Below, piece by piece: positions 29,175 to 40,000 of a stretch of DNA of 64,000 bases. The notes below the pieces were generated by a model. That model was not told the origin of the DNA and did not search any database. It worked only from the letters and a program-made list of their open reading frames with translations. Numbering within the stretch: position 1 is the first letter of the stretch; every line of letters begins with the position of its first letter. This stretch comes from a bacterium. GTDB taxonomy: Bacteria; SAR324; NAC60-12. The stretch spans positions 128,001 to 192,000 of the forward strand of contig CBDBHR010000025.1 in the NCBI GenBank assembly GCA_965205865.1, written 5' to 3'. A program made the translations under genes and the position numbers.

Positions 29175-30731
29175 TCAGTTCACCTGCTTTTCTTTCCCCA
29201 TCCAATAAGGTTCCCTCAGTTTGCTTTTAAGGATTTTGCCTGCCCCACTGAGGGGTAAGGGTTCACTTTGGAAACTAATGCTGCGTGGACATTTGTAACC
29301 CGCCAATCGTTCTTTGCAGAAAGTAATGAGTTCCTCTTCTGTTGTAGAAGCACTTTTCTTGAGATCGACGATGGCATGTACTTTTTCTCCCCATTTATCA
29401 TCCGGGATTCCGATGACAGCGCAGGATTCGACGGCAGGGTGTTCGTAGATCTTATTTTCTACCTCCGTAGAATAAATGTTTTCTCCACCGGAAATAATCA
29501 TGTCCTTCATACGGTCCGTGATATAGATAAAACCGTCTTCGTCCATATAGCCCGCATCTTGGGTGCGCATCCAACCATCTCTCACTGCTTTGGCAGTGTC
29601 TTGGGGCCGATTCCAATATCCGAGCATGACATTGTCTCCACGCACCACCACTTCTCCCACTGTATTTCGAGGAACTTCTTGATCCTTTTCGTCCACAATG
29701 CGCATTTCGACAGCCGGAACAGCCTTGCCTACAGATTTCATCTTTTGAGAAGGATTTTCCAACTGATGGTATTTTTCTTCAAGTATAGTGGCCAAAGGAG
29801 AAAGCTCGGTCATACCGTAACTCTGGGCAAACTGGCAGTCCGGGATGATTTCCATGGACTTTTTCATGATCTCCATAGGCATGGAGGAAGCGCCATACCA
29901 GATTCTTTTCAGAGTAGACAAATCGTAGTCTGCAACCCGTGAAAAATTCACCAGCATATTGATCATGGTTGGCACCAAGGTGACATTGGTTATTTTTTCT
30001 GCCGCAATTACTCGCAAGGTAGTTTCCGGGTTGTATTTGGGAATAAAGACGTGGGTTCCCTGGACCATCGTGAGTCCACAGACGGAAGTGGCATCCGCCA
30101 TATGAAACATGGGGGCAGCGTGTAAATAGAGGGAGTCTGCATTATAGCCACTCACGATCAAAGCGTTCAATGCATTGAATATCAAGTTGTCATGGCTGAG
30201 CATGACGCCTTTGGGCAGTCCGGTGGTTCCCCCCGTGTAGAAGATGCCTGCCAATTCCGCACCTCCGGCAATAGCATCGGGAATCGGATCTGCCGCCTCC
30301 AGGATGGTTTCATAATCGAGGGTGTCTGCCTGAGGGGCATGATCGCTGATGCGCACGATATGCCGTACTGTCTCCAATTTATCTACTAGTGCAGGCAACG
30401 TGGATGCAAATTCGTCGTCCACCAGAAGAATTTCCGTGCCGGAATCGTTTAACAGGAATATCAACTCGGGGGGAGCCAGACGGATGTTCAAGGGGACAAA
30501 GACACCTCCGGCCCAAGGCACGGCATAGTAATACTCGAAATAGCGGTCGCTGTTCAAAGCCAGGATAGCCGCGCGGCCTCCTGCTGGCAATCCCAGCGTT
30601 TTGAGGGCCCCTGCCAGTTTGGCGACACGGCCCCCTAATTCCTTCCATGTCTGTCTGCGTTTGCCGTCAATGGTCGCAATCGCATTGCTTTTCAATTGGA
30701 TTGCGTTCTTGAGCCCTTGCGTGAAATACAC
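29175..30731 (-). CDS. Acyl-CoA ligase (long-chain fatty-acid-CoA ligase family)
   Basis: YTGGTTGLPKG, YGMTE, DRMKDMIISGGENIY, GKILK. Confidence 0.93.
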   Translation of the reverse strand: MYFTQGLKNAIQLKSNAIATIDGKRRQTWKELGGRVAKLAGALKTLGLPAGGRAAILALNSDRYFEYYYAVPWAGGVFVPLNIRLAPPELIFLLNDSGTEILLVDDEFASTLPALVDKLETVRHIVRISDHAPQADTLDYETILEAADPIPDAIAGGAELAGIFYTGGTTGLPKGVMLSHDNLIFNALNALIVSGYNADSLYLHAAPMFHMADATSVCGLTMVQGTHVFIPKYNPETTLRVIAAEKITNVTLVPTMINMLVNFSRVADYDLSTLKRIWYGASSMPMEIMKKSMEIIPDCQFAQSYGMTELSPLATILEEKYHQLENPSQKMKSVGKAVPAVEMRIVDEKDQEVPRNTVGEVVVRGDNVMLGYWNRPQDTAKAVRDGWMRTQDAGYMDEDGFIYITDRMKDMIISGGENIYSTEVENKIYEHPAVESCAVIGIPDDKWGEKVHAIVDLKKSASTTEEELITFCKERLAGYKCPRSISFQSEPLPLSGAGKILKSKLREPYWMGKEKQVN

Positions 30732-30774
30732 AATTTCCCCAATTTGCGTGTAATCAAGAAACTATTTTCAAGAA

Positions 30775-31971
30775 CTAGGCGGCGCCGATAATGCAGACTG
30801 CCGCTACATTTTGATGGGGTGCTCCTCCCAAATTGTGGGTCAATCCTATTGAGGGATCAGGTAACTGGCGTTTGTCGGCAAGACCATTGAGTTGCAGATA
30901 CATTTCATAGAGCATGCGCAGACCGGATGCGCCAATCGGATGTCCAAAGCATTTCAAGCCACCATCAATTTGGCAGGGAAGCTTTCCATCGGCATCATAG
31001 AATCCTTCCATCACATCTTTGATAGCTCCGCCTTCGGAGGAGATATAAAGGTCTTCCATGGTCACCATTTCAGTAATGGAAAAGCAATCATGTACTTCGA
31101 ACATGCTGATTTCTTCACGTGGATTTTCAATACCGGCTTCCTTGTAGGCTTTTTTTGCCGCAATTCTCGTAGTATGGAAATAGCTGCCATCCCAGGAATT
31201 GTGCCCGGTTTCGCTTCCACTGGACAAGGCAAGCTGCAACGCCTTCACGGTGATAATATTTTCCTTTCCCATACTGCGGGCGATTGCGGGAGTGGTGACA
31301 ATGGCCGCTGCCGCACCATCACTGACCCCACAACAATCAAAGAGTCCCAAAGGCTCGGCAATCATGGGAGCATTGATGACTTGTTCTTCGGTGATCTCTT
31401 TCTGCAGGTGCGCCTTCGAATTTTTGGCGCCATTAGCATGACTCTTCACCGAGACATGGGCAATAGCCCGTTTGAGATCTTCTTTCTTTACACCGTGTTT
31501 CGCTCGGTACGCACTGGCTAATTGAGCAAAATTTCCAGGGGCGGATCCAGTGGCTTGCCATTGGGGCGAGAGGGTGCCGACACCACTGGCAGGCAGGCCA
31601 CCATAACCGGTGTCCTTGAGTTTCTCGACACCCAGGGCCAAGGCAATATCAGCTGCGCCGGAGGCTACGGCATAAACCGCGCCTCGGAAGGCTTCGGAGC
31701 CGCTGGCGCAAAAATTTTCCACTCGGGTTACGGCAATATTGGGCAGTCGCAGGGCCATGGAAAGAGGCAGACCGGATTTACCAACATGCGCGTCTTCAAT
31801 GGCGGTGGAAAACCAGGCGGCATCCAGTTGAGTGGATTCAATACCTGCATCCGACATAGCTTCCAAATAAGCCTCCACCATCAATTCATCCGCGCCTTTG
31901 TCCCAGCGCTCTCCAAATTTTGAACATCCCATCCCTAAAATGGCCACTTTGTCTTTTATTCCGCTTGCCAT
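30775..31971 (-). CDS. SCP2-type thiolase / acetyl-CoA acetyltransferase
   Basis: VENFCASG (nucleophile Cys), VSDGAAA, EVHDCF, GHPIGASG, HNLGG. Confidence 0.92.
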   Translation of the reverse strand: MASGIKDKVAILGMGCSKFGERWDKGADELMVEAYLEAMSDAGIESTQLDAAWFSTAIEDAHVGKSGLPLSMALRLPNIAVTRVENFCASGSEAFRGAVYAVASGAADIALALGVEKLKDTGYGGLPASGVGTLSPQWQATGSAPGNFAQLASAYRAKHGVKKEDLKRAIAHVSVKSHANGAKNSKAHLQKEITEEQVINAPMIAEPLGLFDCCGVSDGAAAAIVTTPAIARSMGKENIITVKALQLALSSGSETGHNSWDGSYFHTTRIAAKKAYKEAGIENPREEISMFEVHDCFSITEMVTMEDLYISSEGGAIKDVMEGFYDADGKLPCQIDGGLKCFGHPIGASGLRMLYEMYLQLNGLADKRQLPDPSIGLTHNLGGAPHQNVAAVCIIGAA

Positions 31972-31997
31972 TGTTTTCTCCTTGATTGAGATTAAAA

Positions 31998-33446
31998 TTA
32001 CCGGACTGGTACGGCTTTCCAGAAGTAACGCACAAAATTGCGGCGTTCGTCAAAGCCTTTGATTCTAAAAACCATTCTTACAGACATACCAACATCGATT
32101 TCTCCTACTTGGACATCGGTAAAATCTGTCATAAATCGTCCCCCTTTGTCAAATACAATCATCCCATAATGAGAAGGTGGGTCGATGGTATAGGTCAAAT
32201 AATCCGCAGACCAACTTTGGATAGTGGCGGTTTCATTCACGAAACTGTAGGGCTCTTGGCTATGAGGGGCGGTACAGTCGGGATTCACGCAGACATCTGC
32301 CCTGGGAAATTGCGGGGTGCCACATTTTGAGCAGATGCCGCCAATCAATCCCAAAAGCATATCTCGTTTTCGGTAAAGTACGGTTAAGGCGGTTTTATTG
32401 TCTCGTTCTGCCCGCATTCCTTTTTCTATAGCAATCAGTCCATTGAAAGCCAGGAATTTTTGGTAGTTGCTCTCTCCCTGGCGATTTGCCAATGCTCCTC
32501 GAATTCCTCTGGGCTTATGAAAAGATGCGAGATGTTCGCTGACACGGAAGAGCAGCGCATCACAGCCCTGACCAAATCCAACGACCATGATAATTTGTCC
32601 CGCCTGCAGATCACCTTCGAGGGCTTGTAAAAGCATGATCAAGGGATGCGCAACTCCAGCGTCTCCGCAAGTTTTGCTCAAATTGCCACAGATGGCTTCA
32701 CTGGAAATACCTGTCTTTCTTGCAACAGAATCCACTACGCGGCGAATGGTGCTGGGGAGAACGAAATGCGTGACGGCGGCGGCCGTTAGATTGGTTCTTG
32801 CCAAAGCTTCGTTGATTGCTTGGGGGACGATTTTCGCGTACCCTTCATCTCGAATCCAGCGCTCTTCCCAGGCATAGTCATAAAACTGTCCTTCTCCGCG
32901 GAAATGGTCCACGAAATCAACCGTGGTTGAATGTCCTCCCAGGTATTCCAAGAGAACCTGCTCATGACCCACAGTGACTGCAGCCGCTCCATCTCCAAAA
33001 GCCAACTCCTGAGGACTGGCCGCTTTGGTTTTCCGGTGTTCTGAAGCTACCACCATGATGTTCCGGTAGCTTTCTCCTTTGACCGCAGCCAATGCTTGCA
33101 TCAATGCCGAAGTGCCTGCTTTTTGTGAGGCTGTCACATCCAGGGAAGCCATATTTTCTCCCAACGTCAAGGCCTCTACCAGAATTCCCGCATTTTGCCG
33201 GTCCAGAAAAGGCAGGCTGGTAGAGACAAAATAAATTGCGTCGGGAATGCTCACACCGGTGGACAGACAATCCCGCGCCGCTTCCACCCCCATTGTCACC
33301 GCATCCTCGTCCCAATTGCACATGGACCGTTCATCCCTGGCTTTACCATGCAGCGAAGGGTCTGCCCACAGGTGTGCCTCTACAATGGATTTGCGTGCCA
33401 GTCGAAGACGGGGAATATAACCGCCAAACGAAGTTATTCCTACCAT
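31998..33446 (-). CDS. HMG-CoA-synthase-like domain fused to DUF35 (Zn-ribbon + OB-fold)
   Basis: GITSFGGYIPRLRL, DEDAVTMGVEAA, GDGAAA; C-terminal CSKCG..QFP...C, then IDVGMSVRMVFR...YFWKAVP. Confidence 0.88.
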   Translation of the reverse strand: MVGITSFGGYIPRLRLARKSIVEAHLWADPSLHGKARDERSMCNWDEDAVTMGVEAARDCLSTGVSIPDAIYFVSTSLPFLDRQNAGILVEALTLGENMASLDVTASQKAGTSALMQALAAVKGESYRNIMVVASEHRKTKAASPQELAFGDGAAAVTVGHEQVLLEYLGGHSTTVDFVDHFRGEGQFYDYAWEERWIRDEGYAKIVPQAINEALARTNLTAAAVTHFVLPSTIRRVVDSVARKTGISSEAICGNLSKTCGDAGVAHPLIMLLQALEGDLQAGQIIMVVGFGQGCDALLFRVSEHLASFHKPRGIRGALANRQGESNYQKFLAFNGLIAIEKGMRAERDNKTALTVLYRKRDMLLGLIGGICSKCGTPQFPRADVCVNPDCTAPHSQEPYSFVNETATIQSWSADYLTYTIDPPSHYGMIVFDKGGRFMTDFTDVQVGEIDVGMSVRMVFRIKGFDERRNFVRYFWKAVPVR

Positions 33447-33799
33447 ATTGCCTTGATTCTTCTATTACCAGCAAAATCTGCGGGCGCCATTATTTAAAAA
33501 TCCCAGGATATGAAATATATCCATTTTTCCCATTTTTACCCATTGTCTCATTTGGAACCGGAATTTTATATGAGTATTGATTAACTCCAGTACGAATAGA
33601 ATTTGTTATTTTAACAAAAAATACAAGGGAATTTATAGAGAAAAGGGATTGGCCAACGAATTTAGTGGATTTGCTTGTTTCGAATGGTTGTTTGACGTAC
33701 AAAATGCCAAGCATTATCTGCCCGTGGGAGTTTGACAAACAAGGGTAGGTTCGTTATTTTGAAATACCAAATCATTGTTGCTGAATTGAAAGGCGCGCT

Positions 33800-34621
33800 G
33801 TGGATTCCTTTTTCACGTTACATCAAACCGAAATCCGCTTAGCTTGCTTTTTGGGGCTTTTTTTTGTATTGGCTCTCTCAGAAATCCGCAAGCCTCGCAT
33901 ACACTTGACGGTTTCCAAGGCATCCCGCTGGGTCAGCAATTTGGGGTTGACAATATTGAGTTCCCTGGTTGTCATGATTCCGGGGTTATTGACCCCTGTA
34001 TTTGTTGCCCATCTTGCGGAACAATGGCATTGGGGGATTCTACGGCAGGGGGAAATACCAGAGCCTCTCAAAATCGTGGTTGCCATTCTTTTGCTGGATC
34101 TTGTTATTTTCGGGCAACACGTACTCTTCCACAAAATTCCACTCTGTTGGAGACTGCACCGGGTCCATCACACAGATATGAATTTTGACGTGACCACGGG
34201 CGTGCGTTTTCATCCTTTTGAGATTCTGCTTTCCCTGCTAATCAAAATATTGGCCATTGTTGTGATTGGAGCGCCGCCACTGGCCGTTTTGCTTTTTGAA
34301 ATCTTCCTCAATGGTTCCTCCATGTTCAATCACAGCAATCTCTTCCTACCCCCGACAGTGGACCGCATTGTCCGGAAATTCATCGTCACCCCGGACATGC
34401 ACCGAGTCCATCACTCGGTGATTCCGTATGAGACAGACAGTAATTTTGGATTCAATTTTCCCTGGTGGGACTGGTTATTTGGCACATATCGTGATCAACC
34501 GGAATCCGGACATGAACAAATGACCATCGGACTGGAAGAGTTCCGTAATACTGACTCCCTGAAATTACCCGGATTGCTGATTCAGCCTTTTATCCAAGTG
34601 GTTCAGGAAAAACGGTATTGA
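33800..34621 (+). CDS. Sterol desaturase / fatty-acid hydroxylase family membrane enzyme
   Basis: His boxes HVLFH, HRVHH, RFHPFE, FNHSN, HRVHHS; NFG...WWDWLFGTY. Confidence 0.9.
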   Translation: MDSFFTLHQTEIRLACFLGLFFVLALSEIRKPRIHLTVSKASRWVSNLGLTILSSLVVMIPGLLTPVFVAHLAEQWHWGILRQGEIPEPLKIVVAILLLDLVIFGQHVLFHKIPLCWRLHRVHHTDMNFDVTTGVRFHPFEILLSLLIKILAIVVIGAPPLAVLLFEIFLNGSSMFNHSNLFLPPTVDRIVRKFIVTPDMHRVHHSVIPYETDSNFGFNFPWWDWLFGTYRDQPESGHEQMTIGLEEFRNTDSLKLPGLLIQPFIQVVQEKRY

Positions 34622-34735
34622 CGGTCAATATCCTGAAGTTTGCGCTTGGAAATCGAAGAGGATTTGATAAAGTGTTTAAAACCAATGAAAATGTGGAAAA
34701 CATTTATCAGCTAATTTTAAGAAGTCAGGAGCATT

Positions 34736-35197
34736 ATGAGTGAAAATGAAGCAAAAGAATCGATTCAAAAGGAGAAAGAAACTGTCTTGCATAACATGAA
34801 AGAGCGGATGGGGAAATTGACCGTGATTTCCCAAACCATGTTGACGGAAGCTCAAGAACGGGTGAAAACAGATTTGTCCGTTTTGGAGAAAAAATGGGAA
34901 ACTGCTCGGGGCAGCTTAGAAAAAATCGGAAGTACCACCACATGGCAGGAAATAGCCACCGGCTTTGAAGAAGCATGGGAAGATTTGAGCCGGCACTTCG
35001 GTAAGGCTATCTCTCGCTTTAAAAAAGAGGGCATCTCCTTTCGGGATCAATGGAATTTTTACCAGGACTCTTCTCAGAAATGGCGGTGGCGTAGATCCGA
35101 TTTGGATGACCAAATAGTCGGGACTTCCCATACTGGCTTTTCCACACGAGAAGCCTGTGAGGAAAATGCCAGACGCCATGGTTATGAAGGGAATTGA
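34736..35197 (+). CDS. Coiled-coil protein with C-terminal DUF1508/YegP-like domain
   Basis: RBS AGGAG; tail WNFYQD...WRWRR....IVG.SH.GF.TREAC.ENARRHGY. Confidence 0.65.
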   Translation: MSENEAKESIQKEKETVLHNMKERMGKLTVISQTMLTEAQERVKTDLSVLEKKWETARGSLEKIGSTTTWQEIATGFEEAWEDLSRHFGKAISRFKKEGISFRDQWNFYQDSSQKWRWRRSDLDDQIVGTSHTGFSTREACEENARRHGYEGN

Positions 35198-35226
35198 AAG
35201 CGTCAGGGATGGTTGGCCAGCCTTCC

Positions 35227-35703
35227 CTATGGCAGATTGGCATATTTGCCTTGCGCAAATAGCAGGGGCTTCCCTTCTCTCTGCTCAAAGCGTAACACCT
35301 GCCCCAACAGGATCACGTGATCTCCTCCATCAATACGTGAACTGATCTCGCATTCGATTGATGCCAGCGTATCTGGTAGGATAGGGCATCCGTTTTCTCC
35401 AATTTGCCAGGAAAGACCATTGAGGTGGCGCTTATTGTCCGGATCCGCAAAGCGGTTTGACAAACCCAGTTGGGAGTCGGAGAGGATATTGACGGTGTAA
35501 TGAGTCGCGACTGCAAAGGTACCATAGGAGGACGAATCCCTTGCCAGACTCCATAAAACCAGCGGCGGGTCAAGAGAGACGGAGGCAAAAGAATTTGCGG
35601 TGATTCCGATGGGGTCATGGCCTTCCGAGGCAGTGGTGATGATTGTCACTCCAGTGGCGAAACATCCCAGCGTATCTCTCAGTTCTCGCGTATCAAATTT
35701 CAT
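35227..35703 (-). CDS. Flavin reductase family protein
   Basis: LR..LG.FATGVTIIT, TANSFASVSLDPPLV, GGDHVI. Confidence 0.93.
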   Translation of the reverse strand: MKFDTRELRDTLGCFATGVTIITTASEGHDPIGITANSFASVSLDPPLVLWSLARDSSSYGTFAVATHYTVNILSDSQLGLSNRFADPDNKRHLNGLSWQIGENGCPILPDTLASIECEISSRIDGGDHVILLGQVLRFEQREGKPLLFAQGKYANLP

Positions 35704-36027
35704 GCAATCTTCTCTGTTTGTTCCCTGACGGCCTTTTTACGAACACAGGACTCTGATTCCCGAAAATATACCAGCCAACTTCAGAGATTTTGATGAAATA
35801 TAACTGATCCTGAATGCTGATGTAAAGCGATTATATAAATTCCGGGGAAAATAACCGCTTTCATTTGAACTGGACTGTGTTCAAAATATGAAGAATAAAT
35901 GAACCAGGACCAATCCATCCCCATCATTTTTTATATTTTATGAGAGAGCTTTGTTTAAACCGACATGGTATTATACCTGGACAATTCGGTCATTTGACGA
36001 GTTTCGAGATTAAGGAAAAGAGAAGTG

Positions 36028-36087
36028 CGATAAAAAATGCGATTTATCGAAAATTGCATTGACTCCCCTGCAATAATGAGTTATAAT
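36028..36087 (+). promoter_or_regulatory. cox operon promoter with upstream palindrome
   Basis: TTGACT (36059), 17 bp, TATAAT (36082). CGATAAA-N8-TTTATCG at 36028-36049. Confidence 0.65.
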
Positions 36088-36236
36088 GAGCAAAAGCAAC
36101 CCTCAAAAGGATTGCATATAGTTGGTTGAGTTCGCTTTAAAATGTTTTATCAGCAATGCCACCGCTTGCGTTGCTGTTGAATATTGTGTGCCAGAATCAT
36201 CACTTTCAAAACGTTTTAACAGAGAGAGGTATTTCT

Positions 36237-36707
36237 ATGGGAGTAGGTATCAGTGTTACCGTGAACGGTCGGGTTCATCAAAAAGAGGTCGAACCTCGTA
36301 TGCTCCTGGTTGATTTTATCCGGGAAGAAGTCGGTTTGACCGGAACAAACATTGGATGCGACACATCCCAGTGCGGAGCTTGCACGATCCACATGGATGG
36401 CATGGCCGTTAAATCCTGTACCGCTCTGGCGGTTCAGGCGGATGGCGTAGAGATCACGACTATTGAAGGACTGGCAAAAAACGGGGAATTGCATCCCATG
36501 CAACAAGCTTTTTGGGACCACCATGGTTTGCAGTGCGGATTTTGTACGCCCGGCATGATTATGGCGGCGACCAAAATGGTCGAACGCAATCCCAATATCA
36601 CCGAAGAAGAAATTCGGCATGGATTGGAAGGGAATATTTGCCGGTGTACAGGATACGATAATATTGTCAAAGCAATTCAAGCTGCATCTGCAGCAGGAGG
36701 TGTCTAA
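36237..36707 (+). CDS. coxS: Molybdenum hydroxylase 2Fe-2S subunit
   Basis: [28 protein letters not shown]; start after GAGAGG. Confidence 0.92.
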   Translation: MGVGISVTVNGRVHQKEVEPRMLLVDFIREEVGLTGTNIGCDTSQCGACTIHMDGMAVKSCTALAVQADGVEITTIEGLAKNGELHPMQQAFWDHHGLQCGFCTPGMIMAATKMVERNPNITEEEIRHGLEGNICRCTGYDNIVKAIQAASAAGGV

Positions 36708-39058
36708 TGGGTAAATATGTTGGTCAGGAAGTCAGGCGGGTGGAAGACCCGAGATTCATAATGGGTAAAGGGAGGTATGTTACCAATTTAAACATACGGG
36801 GAATGGCATACGCAGCAATTTTGCGCAGTCCACATGCCCATGCGAAAATTCAGGGAATTGATGTGGCAGACGCCAAGCAATTGAAGGGTGTGGTTTCTGT
36901 TTTTACCGGACAGGACTTGGCGGATGCCGAAGTGGGCACTCTCCCTTGTGGTTTTGTTCCACCGGATATCAAAATGCCAGCTTATCCGGCATTGGCCACG
37001 GAAAAAGTTCGTTACGTCGGTCAACCGGTGGTGGTGGTCATTGCGGAATCACGTTACATTGCGCAGGATGCATTGGATCATGTCTATGTGGATTATGAGG
37101 TACTCGATGCTGTTGTGAATGCCAAAGAAGCTACAGCAGATGGCGCACCTCAGCTTCATGAAGACGTCTCCAACAACACCAGTTTTTTCTGGGCTCTGGG
37201 AGACAAAGATGCGACAGATAAGGCGATAGCGGAAGCGGATAAGGTTATTGAACTCGATTTGATCAACCAGCGTCTCATCCCCAATGCTATGGAACCTCGG
37301 GCCGTGGTAGCGCAATGGGATGACTTCAGTGACGAAATGACGGTCTGGACAACCTCCCAGAATCCGCATGTGATCCGTATCTTGATGAGCGTATACACAC
37401 TCTTTATTCCGGAAAACAAGCTACGGGTAATTTCTCCTGATGTGGGAGGAGGGTTTGGCAGCAAAATATTTCATTATCCGGAAGAAGTCGTCATCCCCTG
37501 GGCTGCTCGAGAGATCAACCGACCCATCAAATGGGTCGCCATACGTAGTGAATCTTTTGTTTCGGATGCGCATGGCCGGGACCATGTCACCAACGCCAAA
37601 TTGGCTGTCAAGAGCGATGGGACCTTTAGCGGATTGAAAGTCACCAACTACGCCAATATGGGTGGTTATCTTTCCCTCTTCGCCCCTATGATTCCAACAG
37701 CACTCTATATTACGCTCTTTGCGGGATTGTACAAAACACCAGCGATCTATGGCGAGACCTATGGGACGATGACTAACACCACCCCCGTGGATGCATATCG
37801 TGGCGCAGGACGTCCGGAAGCCAGCTACATGCTGGAACGTTTGGTCAGTAATGCCGCGCAAGAACTGAATCTGGATGCTATGGAAATTCGTCGTAAAAAT
37901 CTCATCCAACCGGATGAATTTCCTTACCAAACCCCTGTCGCGCTGGTCTATGACAGCGGGAATTATCCTGCCCTTTTTGATAAAGCAGAAACTGTTTCCG
38001 GATACCAGGCGATGCGGGAAACACAGAGACAGGACCGCAGTGAAGGCAAACTGGTAGGGATTGGCATCAGTTCCTGTATTGAAGCTTGCGGAGTTGCCCC
38101 TTCGAAAGTCGTCATCGGTTTAGGCGCGGGTGTTGGTTTGTGGGAAAGCGGCACTATTCGTGTACATCCCACTGGCAAAGTCAGTGTCTTCACTGGAAAT
38201 CACAGCCATGGTCAAGGACACGAAACCTCCTTTTCCCAAGTTGTTGCCGATCAATTGGGAATTCCCATGGAAGACATTGAAGTCATCCATGGTGATACCG
38301 GTCGCACGTCTTTTGGATTGGGAACATATGGAAGCCGTAGCAATGTCGGAGCCGCAGCCCTTGTCAAGAGTGCGGAAAAAATCCGCGAGAAAGTGACTAA
38401 AATTGCAGCTCATCAATTGGAAGCAGCCGTGGAAGACATGGTATATGATCAGGACAACGGCAGCATTTATGTGAAAGGCGCTCCTGATAAGGCAAAAGCA
38501 TTTGGTGAGATCGCCTTTGCCACGCTTACGGCGCATGAGCTTCCTGAAGGAATGGAACCGGGTTTGGAAGAGACCAGTTTTTACGACCCGGAAAATTTCG
38601 TCTTTCCCAATAGCGTGCATGTCAGCATGGTTGAGGTGGATCCGGATACTGGAGAAGTGACCTTGAAGGACTATACCGCAATTGATGATGTCGGCAAAGC
38701 GATCAATCCCATGATTGTCAAAGGTCAAATTCAAGGTGGTATTGCCCAGGGGGTCGGTCAAGCTTTGTGGGAGCACGCCATTTATGATCAGGAGGGGCAA
38801 CTGCTTTCCGGGTCTTTGATGGATTACGCAATGCCCAAGGCGAGTGGGTTGGTAAGCTACAAAGTGGATCGTACGGAAACTCCGTCTCCTCACAATCCAT
38901 TGGGAGTCAAGGGCGTGGGGGAAATGGGAACTATCGCCTCTACTCCTGCCGTTGCCAATGCAGTGATGGATGCTTTAGCGCCCTTGGGAATCAAGCACGT
39001 AGATTTGCCATTGACTGCTGAACGAATTTGGAATGCCATCCATAACAGTGGAAATTAA
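36707..39058 (+). CDS. coxL: Form II CO-dehydrogenase-like molybdopterin subunit
   Basis: VGGGFGSK, AYRGAGRPE (form II), GQGHET, KGVGEMG. Confidence 0.9.
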   Translation: MGKYVGQEVRRVEDPRFIMGKGRYVTNLNIRGMAYAAILRSPHAHAKIQGIDVADAKQLKGVVSVFTGQDLADAEVGTLPCGFVPPDIKMPAYPALATEKVRYVGQPVVVVIAESRYIAQDALDHVYVDYEVLDAVVNAKEATADGAPQLHEDVSNNTSFFWALGDKDATDKAIAEADKVIELDLINQRLIPNAMEPRAVVAQWDDFSDEMTVWTTSQNPHVIRILMSVYTLFIPENKLRVISPDVGGGFGSKIFHYPEEVVIPWAAREINRPIKWVAIRSESFVSDAHGRDHVTNAKLAVKSDGTFSGLKVTNYANMGGYLSLFAPMIPTALYITLFAGLYKTPAIYGETYGTMTNTTPVDAYRGAGRPEASYMLERLVSNAAQELNLDAMEIRRKNLIQPDEFPYQTPVALVYDSGNYPALFDKAETVSGYQAMRETQRQDRSEGKLVGIGISSCIEACGVAPSKVVIGLGAGVGLWESGTIRVHPTGKVSVFTGNHSHGQGHETSFSQVVADQLGIPMEDIEVIHGDTGRTSFGLGTYGSRSNVGAAALVKSAEKIREKVTKIAAHQLEAAVEDMVYDQDNGSIYVKGAPDKAKAFGEIAFATLTAHELPEGMEPGLEETSFYDPENFVFPNSVHVSMVEVDPDTGEVTLKDYTAIDDVGKAINPMIVKGQIQGGIAQGVGQALWEHAIYDQEGQLLSGSLMDYAMPKASGLVSYKVDRTETPSPHNPLGVKGVGEMGTIASTPAVANAVMDALAPLGIKHVDLPLTAERIWNAIHNSGN

Positions 39059-39070
39059 AGGAGGTGAGAT

Positions 39071-39925
39071 ATGTACCCAGCAAAATTTGATTATTACCGT
39101 GCAGTATCCGTAACAGAAGCCCTCTCGTTGATGCAAAGACACGAAGGCGCCAGGTTTTTGGCAGGTGGCCACAGTTTAATTCCCGTAATGAAGCTGCGGC
39201 TGTCAGATCCGGATGTCCTTATTGATATTGGGCGCATTGCCGAATTAAGAGGTATTTCCGCTCGCAATGGTACGGTCCATATTGGTTCTTTGACACCCCA
39301 CGTCGAGCTTGCTGATTCGGGCATAGTCCCAACAGGGATGTCCGAAGCTGCAGGAGGAATTGGTGATCCTCAGGTACGCAACCGGGGAACTATCGGGGGG
39401 AATATTGCTCATGCCGACCCGGCTTCCGATTGGCCGACTGTCTTGACGGCATTGGAAGCTACCATACATATCCGGGGAACTGCTGGAGAACGCACCGTGA
39501 GGGCCAGTGAATTTTTCGTCGACCTTTTTGAGACATCTCTGCAGGAAGGTGAATTGATCACAGGTATTTCGGTTGTCAGTCATGGTACTGGAACCGGTTC
39601 TGCTTATGCAAAGATGTTCCATCCTGCTTCCGGGTATGCCATTGTAGGCGCCGCTGCGGTAGTGACGGCATCCGGTGGACAATGTAGTTCTGCCGGCGTA
39701 GCAGTCGGAGGGTTGACCAATTCCGCAAAAAAAGTGCCATCAGTGGCAGCAATCCTTGCAGGGAAAGCCTTGAGTGAGAACAATTTTGCTGCTGCTGCTG
39801 ATTCAGTATTGAATGATCTTGGTGATGATATCATTGGCGATTTTCACGCCAGTGCCGATTATCGCAAAGCCATGATCAAGGTGTATGTTAAGCGAGCTTT
39901 GAGCGTTGCTGCAGAACGCGCCTGA
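39071..39925 (+). CDS. coxM: Molybdenum hydroxylase FAD subunit
   Basis: LAGGHSLIP.MKLR, IGDPQVRNRGTIGGN.AHADP. Confidence 0.92.
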   Translation: MYPAKFDYYRAVSVTEALSLMQRHEGARFLAGGHSLIPVMKLRLSDPDVLIDIGRIAELRGISARNGTVHIGSLTPHVELADSGIVPTGMSEAAGGIGDPQVRNRGTIGGNIAHADPASDWPTVLTALEATIHIRGTAGERTVRASEFFVDLFETSLQEGELITGISVVSHGTGTGSAYAKMFHPASGYAIVGAAAVVTASGGQCSSAGVAVGGLTNSAKKVPSVAAILAGKALSENNFAAAADSVLNDLGDDIIGDFHASADYRKAMIKVYVKRALSVAAERA

Positions 39926-40000
39926 TTGGCAATCTTGTTCTTTGGGCACATCCGATACAATCGGTTCTGCCTGGAAGTGGGCAGAAGGCAGAGGTAACCC

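Noticed and set aside
36707-39058. Bona fide form I CO dehydrogenase
   Set aside because: Has AYRGAGR rather than AYxCSFR, and gene order SLM.
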